Positions 11,262 to 24,600 of a stretch of 38,747 nucleotides of DNA are shown piece by piece; position 1 is the stretch's first letter, and each line of letters opens with the position of its first letter. The DNA comes from Azolla caroliniana (lineage: Eukaryota > Plantae > Polypodiophyta): positions 1 through 38,747 of the forward strand of contig JBHGNT010000292.1 of assembly GCA_043228905.1 (NCBI GenBank), read 5' to 3'. The notes beneath the pieces are model-generated. The model saw only the letters and a program-made list of their open reading frames with translations, searched no databases and had not been told where the DNA came from. The position numbers and the translations under genes were made by a program.

Positions 11262-11643
11262 GCACAACACCATGTGTCTAGGGAGATATATATTTATTGC
11301 CTTTTCTATGTTTTGTTTATTGTAACAATATGTCAGTGACTGATTTATGTGTCATGGATAAGTCGTGTAATGTATTTGAACTATAGTATAGCTATTCCCA
11401 TTAAAAACCTCTCAAGTTAATGCCTCACTTAAGCCAATAGATGGCGGATAAGTCGAGCACAACACCATGTGTCTAGGGAGATATATATTTATTGCCTTTT
11501 CTATGTTTTGTTTATTGTAACAATATGTCAATGACTGGTTTATGTGTCATGGATAAGTCGTGTAATGTCGTTGAACTATAGTATAGCTATTCCCATTAAA
11601 AACCTCTCAAGTTAATGCCTCACTTAAGCCAATAGATGGTGGA
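11262..11643. repeat. Near-perfect tandem duplication with a 195-bp period
   Basis: gcacaacaccatgtgtctagggagatatatatttattgcc...cacttaagccaatagatgg starts at 11262 and 11457, with only a few substitutions. Confidence 0.95.
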
Positions 11644-11959
11644 AAGGATACAGAAGCAATAGAGAGTTCTGTGGAGTTTCCTTGGGAAGAAGAGGAGGAA
11701 GCAGAGTTAAACAGAACCCAGTCACCCGTCAACTTGTTGACAACACAAAAAACACCATTTTCCTGCCACTGGCGAGAAAGTTCCTATACTGACAGTATCC
11801 ATGCAAAATCAAGAGCTGTTGTGAGTGTTGTTGGAGGGACATCCTGGCATAAATGTAATCGGTGAGGATATGTGCAATTCGTTCAGATTTACAAAATGAG
11901 AACATTCTCCATTTTTGGTCGGAATGGCGGATCAAAGGGTAGTCCAACTATTGTGCATA

Positions 11960-14157
11960 ATGATGTGAGAAGATCTCTATTTGAAATATCTGCATTTGTA
12001 TTGCAACTTGGATCTAGAGATGCATACTTGATGCTACTCAAGGATCATGGTCACAAAATGGGAAGAGAGTTCTATTCACAATTATATCAACTGGAATGTT
12101 ATTTGGACATATTGTCAGCAAGAATGGGATTGTAACAACTCTAGGAAAGATGAACGTAATCCTAGAATCTCCAGCATCAACCAATGGCAAGGAGCTTTCC
12201 AGGTTCCTTGGACAAATCTGCTGGCACAGTAGGATGCTGCACACATCCTACTGGGCCATACCTTTGCACACATCAATGCATTTGCGAAAGAGGAAACAAC
12301 ATTATAAAGAGATGAAGGTGGTGTTGTCACTAGCTCCAGTTGTGCAACCAATGGATTGTAGTCGAGAATCCCATGTATTTGTCAATGCATCCAGCACAAT
12401 AATCATAAGCATATTAATGCAACTCTACAACCAAAAGTGGTATAAACCAGTGGGTTATGCCAAAAAACGTTTTCTTTCGATGGGGACCACAATGTATTCT
12501 TATACAGGGTAACCAAATCCGAATTGATAGGGATGCTCACACTGGATTTTGATCCTCCAGAAGATTGAATCTGCAATATTCTGTATGTCTAAAGATCTTC
12601 AGGTTGTGGCAGATTATTTGGCTACATTGGAAATTGGTGAGGCGAGACTCCAAAGTCTCAGACGACTTCCCCAATGGAGAAACCATTTAATCTTGAAGCA
12701 GCATCTTCAAGGTAAACAAGACCACGCATAATGATTGACAGATCCTCGATATGATGTTCTTTCCAGAAAACAGGAATAATTTGCTACAATGGATCAGATC
12801 GGAGAAGGTTGGTTGGAAGCACTGGGAACTTTGCTCTATCAGAGGGAGATTTCTATCAATGTTGCTGCATGGTATCTGGTTAAGGGGCAGTTTTTAAGCA
12901 TGAAAAACAGAGGGTATTCAACAAGGCACATGAATCCATAGTGGGCAGGAACTTAATCAGAAAATTGTACTTCCCGAAGCTTGACTTTTCACTTGAGGAT
13001 GTACTTGCCCCGACATGGAAGTAATCCTGGATAGCAATGGGCCCGGTTCGGTTTTGGTTTCTTGGCCTTGAAACCAAACCAAACCATTTATTAATAATAA
13101 AAACCGAACCAAACTGTTTAATTTTTTTAAGCCATTTAATTTAAACCAAACTGTTTAAAGAATAAGAGAAACCAAACTGTTTACGAAAAATTTAAAACCA
13201 AACCATTTTTTATTGATATTAATCATCATACTATTTATAAATTTGTGTGAGAAAATCATCATAAAATTTTGTCATCATGCTTATCATAAATGAAAAGGAG
13301 ACTCTACATATAATGCATATAAAATTCAATAAGTTAAAACTAGAGTTTAAAATTAAAAGTTGAAAGTTACAGCCTATAAGGAAAATTTATGAGTATTTTT
13401 TAACCTATAAACCTTTAAACCAAACCACATAAACAGAAACCGATAAACTACTAAACCGCTCAATTCAAAACCGATTAGTAACTTTTGAAACCAAACCAAA
13501 CCGTTTATTTATCTTCGAACCTATAAACCGTTAAGCGACAGTTTTTCGGTTTGGTTCGGTTTGAGCCGAAACCGGGCCCATTGCTAATCCTGGAGGAAGG
13601 GGAGACAACATCATCTCCATAACTATATAACTGTCTCCTTTTTCCTATGAAAATAGGCAAATGGGAATGTTTTTGAGGTATTTGATCTCACAGTAACCAT
13701 GGGACGTGAAGCATTCATGCAAATTGTGTGGGTGGTTTTATCCGCAATTGCACATGATATAGCCACAAGTCATAAAGCAACTAGAAGAAGGGTTCATTGT
13801 CAAGGCTTCATACTTATGCTTTCAATTGGTGAACCTTAAGTGTTTTGGTGATTATGCAATGAGAAATTTCAGCCAATTTTAATTTAAGAGGATCTATCTA
13901 ACAACTTCTTTGCCATTGAGATTACATACGAGAGCAAAGTTATGTATTTGGTCGGCGTGCATGCATTGAATGATTTCACACTGTGGCGTGACTTATGGGA
14001 ACTATTACATTTGCATCTTACACTTGTTGTACCTGGTTTGTTCATGGGGGTTAAACATGTGTGGATCACTATCAATGGTCCTGAAAAAGCTATGATTGCA
14101 ATGCACTTGCATCAATGGTTCTTAAATTGGATTTGTGTTATTGGCAACAACCATTAG
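11960..14157 (+). mobile_element. Decayed Ty3/gypsy LTR-retrotransposon pol remnant (RT C-terminus, RNase H, probable integrase); boundaries approximate
   Basis: ORF 12096..12512 reads LFGHIVSKNGI..ELSRFLGQICWHSR..LSLAPVVQPMD..HVFVNAS..PVGYAKK, the gypsy RT thumb/RNase H signature. VADYLA follows, then fragmented coding-like sequence. Confidence 0.75.
13032..13586. mobile_element. Non-autonomous hAT-type MITE (555 bp)
   Basis: Perfect 17-bp TIR TAGCAATGGGCCCGGTT (13032-13048 and 13570-13586). 8-bp TSD ATCCTGGA at 13024-13031 and 13587-13594. AT-rich core with many subterminal AAACCA/AAACCG motifs. Confidence 0.95.
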
Positions 14158-15039
14158 AGCAAGGCTACCATAGAAATTGGTTTTGACATAGAAAGAAAAT
14201 AATTGTTGACCTTTGAAGAATAATTTCCATTTCTATGCTCTTATGAACATAAACATGTGACAAGAAATCAAATAAACAAATTAAATAAAACAATGGATTA
14301 CAAACGCATAACATGTCAAATCACCCTCTAGCAAAGAACTAGATAGAGTTTAACACAAAACCCCATCTATGTCCTATATTGGTGGATTATGGTCTTGTGT
14401 GATCCTTGGAAGTTAGCTATTTAGTGAACCTAGAAGACAAGAGTGTTGCCTCACTGATAACGAGTCAAAGCCTCTTGAGATATTGTATTAAAGTGGGTAG
14501 CAAGTTCCCTTTATATAACTGAACTCGTTAGTCTCTTGGACCATCGCATATCCTACGTCCTTATGGGTTTGTTTCAATTCCTACAATAATCAATTTCTCA
14601 CTTACTCTAAATTCTTTAAATGAGCATTTAGAACTGTTTCATAAGGCTAGACAACTAAACTCAGCATGCCCTTTAAACATCCATGGAGGTCTCTAAGTAT
14701 AATATATAAAGGTTTTATGTTTTAGAAATATGCTTCAATGTTCGCTATACTTTAGCAATAGAAACGAGAGGTATGAAAGTTTCATCTCTATCAACTACTC
14801 ACCTAAATACCATGTTAAACTTGTTAAAAAGTAATGATATCGCAAAAACTCATAGATTTTAATTGATCTCAAGTTCTCAAATAAGTAATTGAAATAACTC
14901 AAAATTATTTTTTGCGTTATTCCATAACCCTAACGAAGTCTCAAAACACACCAAATGCTCCCTGAATGAATTGTGATTTAATAAATCCTTTGATGCATAA
15001 TGATCCAACCATTATTATCCATTAATTTGCTTCCAATCC

Positions 15040-15375
15040 AACAGTCTATCTAGTATCCTAAACACCACCAAATTTGAATGATCGATGCACTTATTATCCT
15101 GTAGCACTTTCATTAGATAATCTGCTTATTATATCCTAACACTTTCATTATTTGATTTCTTAATTCACTAATATGCTTATTATATATACTAACAATTTTG
15201 TTAACCAATTTCTTAATTCACTAATCCTACTCAAAAGCTGATTAAATAAACTTACTGCATCCTAGCACTTTCATTATCTATGATTGATCAACATGTCATA
15301 TGTAACACTTTTACTATCTGTTTGCAATCAACTTATTATATCCGAAAGATGTTATTAATCCATTGCTTAATCCGA
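15040..15375. repeat. Degenerate AT-rich short-repeat array upstream of the At5g58100-like gene
   Basis: Recurrent cttattatatcc/ctaacactttcatta/tagcactttcatta motifs, and tttcttaattcactaat twice (~15156, ~15209). Confidence 0.55.
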
Positions 15376-15635
15376 TGATCTTACAATGAAGCCGTCATTA
15401 ACGTCCTAAACCAATGATGTATGCATGTGACCGGGTGCCAAAAAGTAAATTGCAGTTTGATCATACAAGGAGCCCTTCATTAATGATCTCTTCTCAAACC
15501 ACTTATGCAATTCACTTTGTGCTTCAATATACTCCACTACAAAACAAAAGGACCCAGAAACAGAGTATGTTCAGCCATTCCTAAAGATCAAAAGTACTGG
15601 CGAGGAGACTGTGATGGACACAGGTCTGTAGATCG

Positions 15636-18600
15636 ATGAAAGCAGGCCCTGGATCGGGAACTGCAGTTCGGATTGGAATGGTTTTGGATATGGGCAAGCA
15701 GCGGAGCTCCGTCTCCTCCATTCTGCCTTTGCCTCTGCTTCTGCTCATCACAATTCTTCTCTCCACATCAGAGGTAAATAACGCATATGCAATCTCAACA
15801 GTTGTCTCTTGCAGAGATCATATCCGTTTATTTCAGGCTTAGAATTTAAAATAACGTACACTGCATTTTCTGTACTCCATTCACGTTCACTTGCTGCAAC
15901 ATATTTCTTTGTTTATTTGTTTTTCTTCTCTCTCAAGGTTTCTGCCATTGAACGGCCTGCTAATGGAGGCTGGCTTAAATCCTCATCCCCAGTTTTGTCG
16001 CTGTTCAATTTGAGAGAAAAGAATAAGTTTTGGAGTGAAAAGGTGATGCAGGCAGGTAAAGGGACCCAACTGTGGTTAATGAATCAGTGGTCATCCTTTG
16101 CAACCATACGGGCAGTCCTCAATGTGTAGAGGAGATAAAGCATCTGTATGTTCTTAACACATGTCTTTTCTTTGGAATAGACTTCGATGACTTGGAGCGA
16201 CCTGATCCCAAGTCCACAAAGGCCGCCATCTCAAATTTTACAACTGCAGGTACAGTCTCATGGACACTTCTACTTCATAAGCATTTCTGTTGAGGGCTAA
16301 GCAGTCCTACAGATACCATGAAACTTGTTGTGGGGTGTTATTAAATTAAATTGTTCTACATGTTCTCTACACTGGTGAAAATTTAATTTGTTTTCAGAGT
16401 AATGGAAATTCTCTTCCAATTTGTTCACTTTTTAAAGTTGCAAGGCTTTTAAAGTTTATCTGTAACCACCAAGCTCGGAAATGGAGGAACCAGTGATGGT
16501 GAGCCTGAGAATGAAAAAAAGCGAGGATTGGTCTCCTAGGACATCATCTGTGCTTATGGACCTAAATAATATGATGCATAAAAAAGGGTTAACTCTAATC
16601 TTTTTTGTGGAAGATAATCAAATTAGGAAAAATCCTGTTTTTGTTATCATGAACCTGAGAAAAAATTTACAGCTGGTGCTGGACATACCTTCAAGTGGTT
16701 CTTTCTGCTCAGATTTAAAGTCTTAGCTGAAGAGATGTTCTTTCACATTTGTGCATTCATGGATCTCCAGTTGCTTGTAGCATTGTAACAACTATAAAAA
16801 TGAGACAATAGAAGAAAAGAAATTCTGGCATATTGCAATACACCGAGACTTTATCAATACATTTGTTTTACTTGTTGCTGTTTTTTCATGTGAGAAAACT
16901 GTCATCTCTAATCACTAATACATTAGTTGCTCAATACTTGATTCAGAGATCTAGTCTTATAAAAGTAGCTGTTTTTGCTCAAGTGTACTTGCATTGTCTA
17001 CAGCATCTGTAGCAGATTACCTGAAGCTGGTACCGGTGGAGTCCATCTATTTGCCATTACCAGTTAACTTCATTTTTGTAGGCTTTGAAGGCAAAGGAAA
17101 CCAAGGTTTGCTTGTCTCTTTCTTAACATTGATACAGTTGCTTTCTCATTACATCTACAGTCTATTTCGTTTTGCATTTTAGTACAGGTATGGAATACAT
17201 ATGTAAATTATGAGTGCAATTTTTTCTTGGACTGCACTGGGATAAATCTTTCTTGTTTGTGAGTTTATGAGTTACAGATATGTATATGTTGTTGGCATTT
17301 ATGTGCAGAAAAATTTAGAGCATATATGTTTTATAGAATGAACAAGTTTTAAATTTCTCATGTGACATTCATATATTAATAGTCCTCTTTGTTTTGCTTT
17401 TGAGAAAGGGATCTCTGATTTGTTAGAACAATCCTTTGTCCATGTTATTGAAAGACATTAATTTAGAAAAGCACTTGCTAAAGTTTTAGTCTATTTTCTA
17501 GTTGATATTGCTTGAAAAGGGTATAGATATCATACTACTTAGGAAGTTTCTGATGTACTTGTAGATAACTAGAGCCATAAATTATTTTGTTTGCAAAGAG
17601 AATTGTGTGAAAGAAGCCCAGCTTATCTGTAAGCTGATCTTGGTGCTCTCAACACATGAAATTATTGTATCTCATGCTGTAATAGTTTCATATATGGATC
17701 AAGTTGAGTGGATGTAGCATGTCTTTGTATTGCATATTCTGCCATGTTTTGGATGTAAGAGGCACACGTTGATAGGAGAACATCATGAAATTTCCACAGT
17801 TAGGACATTGGCTTTTTGCAGGAGTTGTTAATGAATCTCTCAATCATTTTTGGAGAAGTTCACTTCCACTAGCGTGCTGCACATGCAGTATTTATGGTAG
17901 TATTCGACCCTGAGGGTTGGAGACGATTCCACTTGTAAGTAGGCGTGATAACCATGTGCTAGAGTTGCAGACTGATTATAGATTGCATCCCACACGTGTT
18001 GGATGGTCGGCTCTTCCACTTTCAGGTTTTCATACATGTTTTCTTTCTTGGGGAACAGTACTGCGGTTGCAGCATAGACTGGATATGCATTTGTCTCATG
18101 TGGGACTTCAGCAGCTCTCATCTTTTTGCTATTTTATGTGATGCAATATGGATGTGTTGCCTTGTGATTAGTCAGATGCCCATCATCACCTTGTGGCATA
18201 CCTGGAAGAGATGTTGCACTCAAATACTGGGTGGTGCATCTGGAAGAGACCATGAGGAGTCAATGGAATGCCTTAACTAGCGGAATGGAATAGATACAAT
18301 AAGGCACGCTTTATCGTATCTTAGGGACGCTCTTGCCTTTCCTTTGATTTTGTTTGCAGCCAAATTACATGTGGTTGTGTTACATGGTGGTAAAAACCCA
18401 ATGACAATTTCTTGCAGTCAGGTCTGCAGCTTTGCATACTCCTTTTGTACCATCCTCATAATTTGGACACATGAAAATTTTGATGGATTTCTTGTACAGT
18501 TAATATCAACCATGCTATCTATGTTGAAAAAGTGTTAGCTGGATTGCATAACCATAATATGATTCCCTTTGCTTTTATTTAGCGTAGATTTGTTTTCTGT

Positions 18601-21600
18601 TTAATATTTTGACTCGTGATATTTTGTTATCTAGGATTCTTTTCAACTATTTGTCTTTGTATTTTCATTTTCATTGTAAAATGTTTCTTTTGTCATTTAT
18701 GAAAACACCATTATTTTCAATTTTCTAATAGACAATAGAACACTTAATATATATGCATTTAAATACTACCTTTTAAATTTTTTCCTCATTTACTTGATTT
18801 GATTTCCAGAGCAGCTGCATGATTTGGGTTTTACAAGTGAATATTTATAGTCTATGCATTAACTTCCTTTTCTTGTTTTAAGATGTGAGACTTGGACAAG
18901 AAGAGCTTGAGCGATGGTTCAATCAGATAGACCATGTGCTGGATCATACACGAGTTCCCCAAGTGGGAGAATCACTTACACCATTTTATAGACAAAGAGC
19001 TGACGGAGAGCAGCGGCATCATCTTCCACTTATTAGTCATATTCATTACAAGTAAAGAGAACATAGTTCCATTTGTGTGCCTAAGCAAATGTTGGGTATG
19101 TTAAAACATAGTTGGTCTTTTGCAGTTATTCTGTCCATGCTATTGAAATGTCAGATAAGGTTACAGCAGTATTTGAATATGCCTTGAAGGTTCTGTCACG
19201 GAAGGAAGACTTAAAGGATGCTAGGTATGTCTCCTGTCATCTGAGAAGCTCCATATTTTTTGTGTTGGGTGCTGTGTTATTTATTTATTTCTCTTTATAT
19301 GATCTGGCAGGCCTGATTCAGATGTCCAATGGCAAGTTGATGTTGACAGTATTTCATATATTTTCTCAAGCTTGGTGCATTATTTGCAACTTGGGAATGC
19401 ATACAATATCTTCATTTTGAATCCAAAACGTAATCCAAATCGTGCCCATTATGGTTATAGGTAAGCTTAGGCAAGTGATAATGCTGATTAAAGAGCAGCA
19501 AATGTAAAGCAGGATGTTAAAGTTGTGACAAGTGGATCTTAATAGCTTTGACACATTTTATACAGGCAAGGTTTATCTGATACAGAGATACGGTTTCTGA
19601 AGGAGGTAAAATACAGCAGACTTCATTTCTCCTCTCAGCTCATCAATGACACATTTTTTTCACTCTCTCTATGTGTTGGTTATAAATAAATTGTACATAC
19701 AGTGATTGATGATCAATAGCTAGCTAGTTAGAGTTTCTTTGTGTTTATTTTTGGATCAAGGTTATAGTATTTAGGCCCTCTGAAGGAGTATTTTATTTTG
19801 GATGTCAGGATAACGAAGCACGGCTGGCTGTTATTAAATCAAAGTCTGGGAAAATCTCAAATCCACTAGGTATGAGCACAAAATAATTTTGTAAACTCTT
19901 GACAAGAGTTGTTCAGGTTGATAAAAATAGTTTTGTATAGACATGGAAAGAAAGACGAGTCCCTTGTATGAACACCATCCTATGCTGAGGTTTGCTTGGT
20001 CAACTGTGGAGAAAGCAGACATGGTAATTGAGAAATCTTGATTTATACTGTCCTTGGTATCTACAGAACTGTTGACATATAAGTGGTAATTTTATCCCAG
20101 GAACATTGGATTGATGCATCTTTTGATGCTTTGAAAACGATAGAAACATCATTGCAGGATAAAACTGGTGCAGAAATTGTAATTGCAAAGGCACAGGAGG
20201 TAACTCATTCTTGAGTGAACACATTTTCTAACTACATTGTCACTTACAATAAAATAATGTCCTTTATATGGAAGCTTTATTCACTTCTTTAGTTGATAAG
20301 ACTTTAGGATTCTCGAACTTTTATTTCTTATATGAGTAATTCAACATGGTATAGTGTTCATGTAAAGTGGTTGTGCAGGTATTACATAAGAGTGGTTCAG
20401 ACATAGCTTTGGCCCTTCAACGGGAGTTAAGCCTGGAGGAAAATGCTGGTCTTCATTCAGATTGTCTTGTTGATACTTGGGTTGGCATTGAAAGGTTGTG
20501 TTCATGAGATTTCACAGAAAGTCACATTTTTTTTGAGTGGAAAAAGACTGCATTATTTGGTCTGTGGGTATAATATAAATATAAATATAAAATAAATAAA
20601 TAATAAATATCTTTGTGAGTGTGTATGTATGCACATATAAGTACTGCCTTCATCATATTCTTCTTCCTTCTTATTTAGTAAAAGGGCGGTTGCATATGAT
20701 TCTAGATTCATTGACTATGCTAAGAATGTGAGGAAGATCATATCCACATCAAATTCTCCGTCTGCAAAACTTCACTCCTATGACGTGTCAAGGTGCCATT
20801 ACTATGCTCATATTAAATTTGGTGAAGGTTCTGTAATGGTGGTACCTTGACACATCATAGAAATGGTGTTTTGTGCCAACAAAGAACTTAAGTGGATATG
20901 ATCTTCATCGCATTCTTAGCATAATCAATAAATCTGGAATCCAGTTCAATAACTGACAGGGGTTTTTGTGATTGTCATGTGACCTGTGTTTTTATGTGAG
21001 ACGACATATTACTTTTACAGAACCACAGTTTTGGTTGCTGAGGGCAGCAGAAAACAGTCTAATTTGCATGCAGTTTTGGTTCCAAGTTAACCATCACTAA
21101 CTTCTTCATAGCTCCCATCATGTCTACCCCCCCCCGAACTCAACACATAGTAGAACATGCCCTAGCAGAGCCACCCTAGAAAGAAATATATATTAATGTC
21201 TACTAGAGGCCAAAGTTGGTCTACGAGACAAATCATGATTACAAATATGAGTGAATTCATGTTGTTGATACTGAAACAAAAATAAAAGCTCTAGGTTTCC
21301 TACCGTTTCATGATTGTGATCTTAATACATCTGGCAAAATGATTTTGGAGATGGGATACTAGCATGAACTGCATAACTAATATGAATGGTTTGAATAGTG
21401 ATGATTGGACATTGTATCCGAGGTTGGTGCAGTAGAACAAGGCTATGACAAAGTTGAACAATTGCAGTTTGGTGTCCTCATGCAGATCAAACATGGAAAG
21501 CAATGAATTTCCATGATCTGCTGATGGTATGAACCATGTGCCTTGTATTCTAGTACTCATGGTCTATGTTCTCGGCATTCCTTTTCTTGCTCTATGTTGA

Positions 21601-24600
21601 CTCCTTGGCACATTGTTAGTAGAGGTGTGGAGCTATGGAAGAAGTCATATGCTTTTAAAGTTTGAGCACATTCGACTTCTTCCCTATTTGTTTTGTCAAA
21701 TGAAGGAGCTCATGTATAGAATAGCATATTTCTCTCAGACGTGCTTGTAAGCTGGGCACCTATGTATGAGATGGTCCTTGCTTTTGATTTCTCCTTGACA
21801 TACATCTTTCAGTTCTAGGTATGTGAAGGGCTTGTCCTGCTTTAATCTCTATTTGGTCGGTGTAAACTGTAAGTTGGCCTATTTCTTGCAAGCACTATGT
21901 GGCATGTAGATGTCCATGTCCCTCAGTTTGTGTATGAATCCATCCTTTGAAAAGTCAATAAAATTATCTTCGCGGGAGGCCATCTTTAGGGGAAGAGGCA
22001 CCATTGGTGTGACCCAAGTCTTTTAGGTATAAACCTGCCATGGATCTTGCCATAATATCTTCTTTCATTCGTCATTTTGTAGAGTTGTACAATATCAAAA
22101 GGATGGAAAGTTCTCGATGTTGAGGCCATATCAACTGTGAATACCATGATTCTTCTGCATGTTCTGTTGTCACCATTTGCATTGATGCTTCAGTGTAATT
22201 CTTTGAGCTGGCATGGTTTGAATCTGGTTGATGAAGCACACTATCTGGGATAATGCTTCTACCATCATAATGGGTGTTGCCAATTCAGCACAAATGATTT
22301 CATGTGGTGTGGATGCTTTGTGTGCATCATCCATGTCAACATCATTACTAGTGAACTCTCTAGTTGTGTCCACATGTACATGGGGAGGCTTGGAGCCCAT
22401 ACAGCTGTATTGTAAATGAGAGCAGGGTTGACTGTGGTGTTGAATTACCATGCTTGTGTGCCTTGTGGCATTGTATCATGCTAAGGTGGCATAAGGCTTG
22501 AGTTGATCCTTGGCAACCTGGGTTATAGAGAAGCATTCATTTGTTCGTGTACATGTGACTCCCTAGATATCCATAGGAAGCCTCTACGTCAACTTACCTT
22601 GATGATGGGGGGACTGCAAGTCGATGTGGATTTATGAAAGATCAAGATATTAGTTTTTCCTAGGTTTACCAAAACTCTTTTTGCCCTGTGAAAGCCATAG
22701 GGCATTGAGATGTTGCAGCCTGCATGATATTGACACCAAGATTCTGTCATCAGCATAAAAGACATGAATCAATTCTCTTGCCGCCTCCACATCAGATGTA
22801 TTCCTCTACCCTGTTGATGTGCAGCCTGAAGAGGGTAGAAAGAAAGAAAGAAAGAAATATTAATGTCTTTTAAGAGGCCAAAATGGCCAATAAGACCAAA
22901 CAAGAGATTACATTGTAAGTGTTGTCTTGTCTTTGAGAACAAAAAATCAAAAGTTTTTTAGGTCGATCCAGAATTGAGAGGCCTCTGAAGCGAGGGAAGC
23001 ACCTGCTATGGCAGGAGAGCTACAACACTCTGTCACACAAAATGGTCATGACCTCAGGGAGCCCATCCACAACCTCACTCTTCTCAAAAAGATAAAAGCG
23101 TTCATGGCTGGTCATAGGAGTTGTAGGCGACATTACTGTAACACATCACTGGTCATTTTGGGCTTTCGTAGGCGAGAATATTACTTTCTTTCTTACACTG
23201 TATTTTGGCTTAAAATAAATAAATTCTCTCATTTCTTATGAGTCGATATATCAAATCTAATGTTGATACATAGATGCCGATTTATGGTAGATTGGAAATG
23301 AATAGGATATCCAACAGAAATGCTATGCCATGCCATTCGTACTACAAAGTTTTCAAACCGAATTTGATCAAAGACTATCTTGATACACTGCATGCGAGTA
23401 TAAATTATCTAATGGCAGGAAAAGCTCTTAAACCATGAATTCAACTCTCTGCTGTCGTGAAGTGCGTGTCATACATGCGCGGAGAAGGACTGGGCCTCTA
23501 AAAGATGGTTCAAAAGGATTGTTTTTATCAAGATAGGTCTGAACCCACAAACTTTGCGATAGATTAAATAATCTCCACCAATAAACCAAAACAATCCTTG
23601 AATATTTATCTATTTATTTATACATATTAAAATTTCTAACTTATAGATATTGAACGACTTAAATAAATATACTCGAATGGAAAGAAGATATGATTATATT
23701 AATTTATGTGAACTTAAACTTCAAATTTCAACCCTCCTTTTGAGATTTTTTGCACCACATTGCTCTTTTATTTTTTGAGACATGGATATTGATTGTTTTC
23801 TCTCTTCCCCCTTTTAATATAAGATGAGAACACCTTTATATAGGGTCTCACATGCATTAAGGTCTAATAGATTGTCACCACTTAGTGCTCATGCTTCAGC
23901 TGACTTACAATAATTTTATTGACTATGTATTTAAGAATGTAGTATGTTTTTAACATATGAAATAGTTATCTTAGTGATACTTATATTCCTTCAAAGAGGA
24001 AGGGTATTGAGTTCGAAATACGCTCTTTGTGTTTATTATACATTAGATAAGTTACTTGCTTTGGAGGTGGTTTCCGATCGTGTGCCATTGGCAACACAAC
24101 ATAGTTCATATCATTGCAGTCAATTGCCTACTATTTTTTATTCACATTTCTCAATTGGTGCGTTGAATGCTTTGAATTCCCCCGAGGTATTATGTTTTGA
24201 AAAATAAAATTGTCTGTGAGTTGAAACCTCGAATCTGATTGTTTAAAATGCATTCTCTACTCTGACCTCTCACCTGTCTGGCCATCTATGTATAATGATA
24301 AAGTGGTTGATCGTTTCAAATGATGCATTGATGTTTCTCAATGAAATTATTCTTCACTTCGATTGCAGGTGGGCATTTATTGATTTAAGTGCAGGACCAT
24401 TTTCTTGGGGTCCATCTGTTGGTGGTGTGGGTGTAAGAACAGAACATACTCTACCCTCTGTCGATAACCTGCTGGCAACCCTTTCTGGTAATGATGGTAT
24501 ATTCTGATAGCCTTTAGATAGTAGTATAATGTTGCTTATGTATCATTATAATTTTATTCTATTTATAGATTCTTCTGAAGATGAGGCACATGATGATCTT

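Noticed and set aside
17915-18520. Resemblance to alternative oxidase (LETI, GW, HLVAYLEE..HS.T, NINH)
   Set aside because: The key ENERMH and RADEAHH motifs are absent and the spacing is inconsistent. A LINE remnant or chance is more likely.
23140-24200. LTR-like segment with a reverse TATA (cctttatatagg, ~23832)
   Set aside because: No TG..CA boundaries with a TSD could be fixed.
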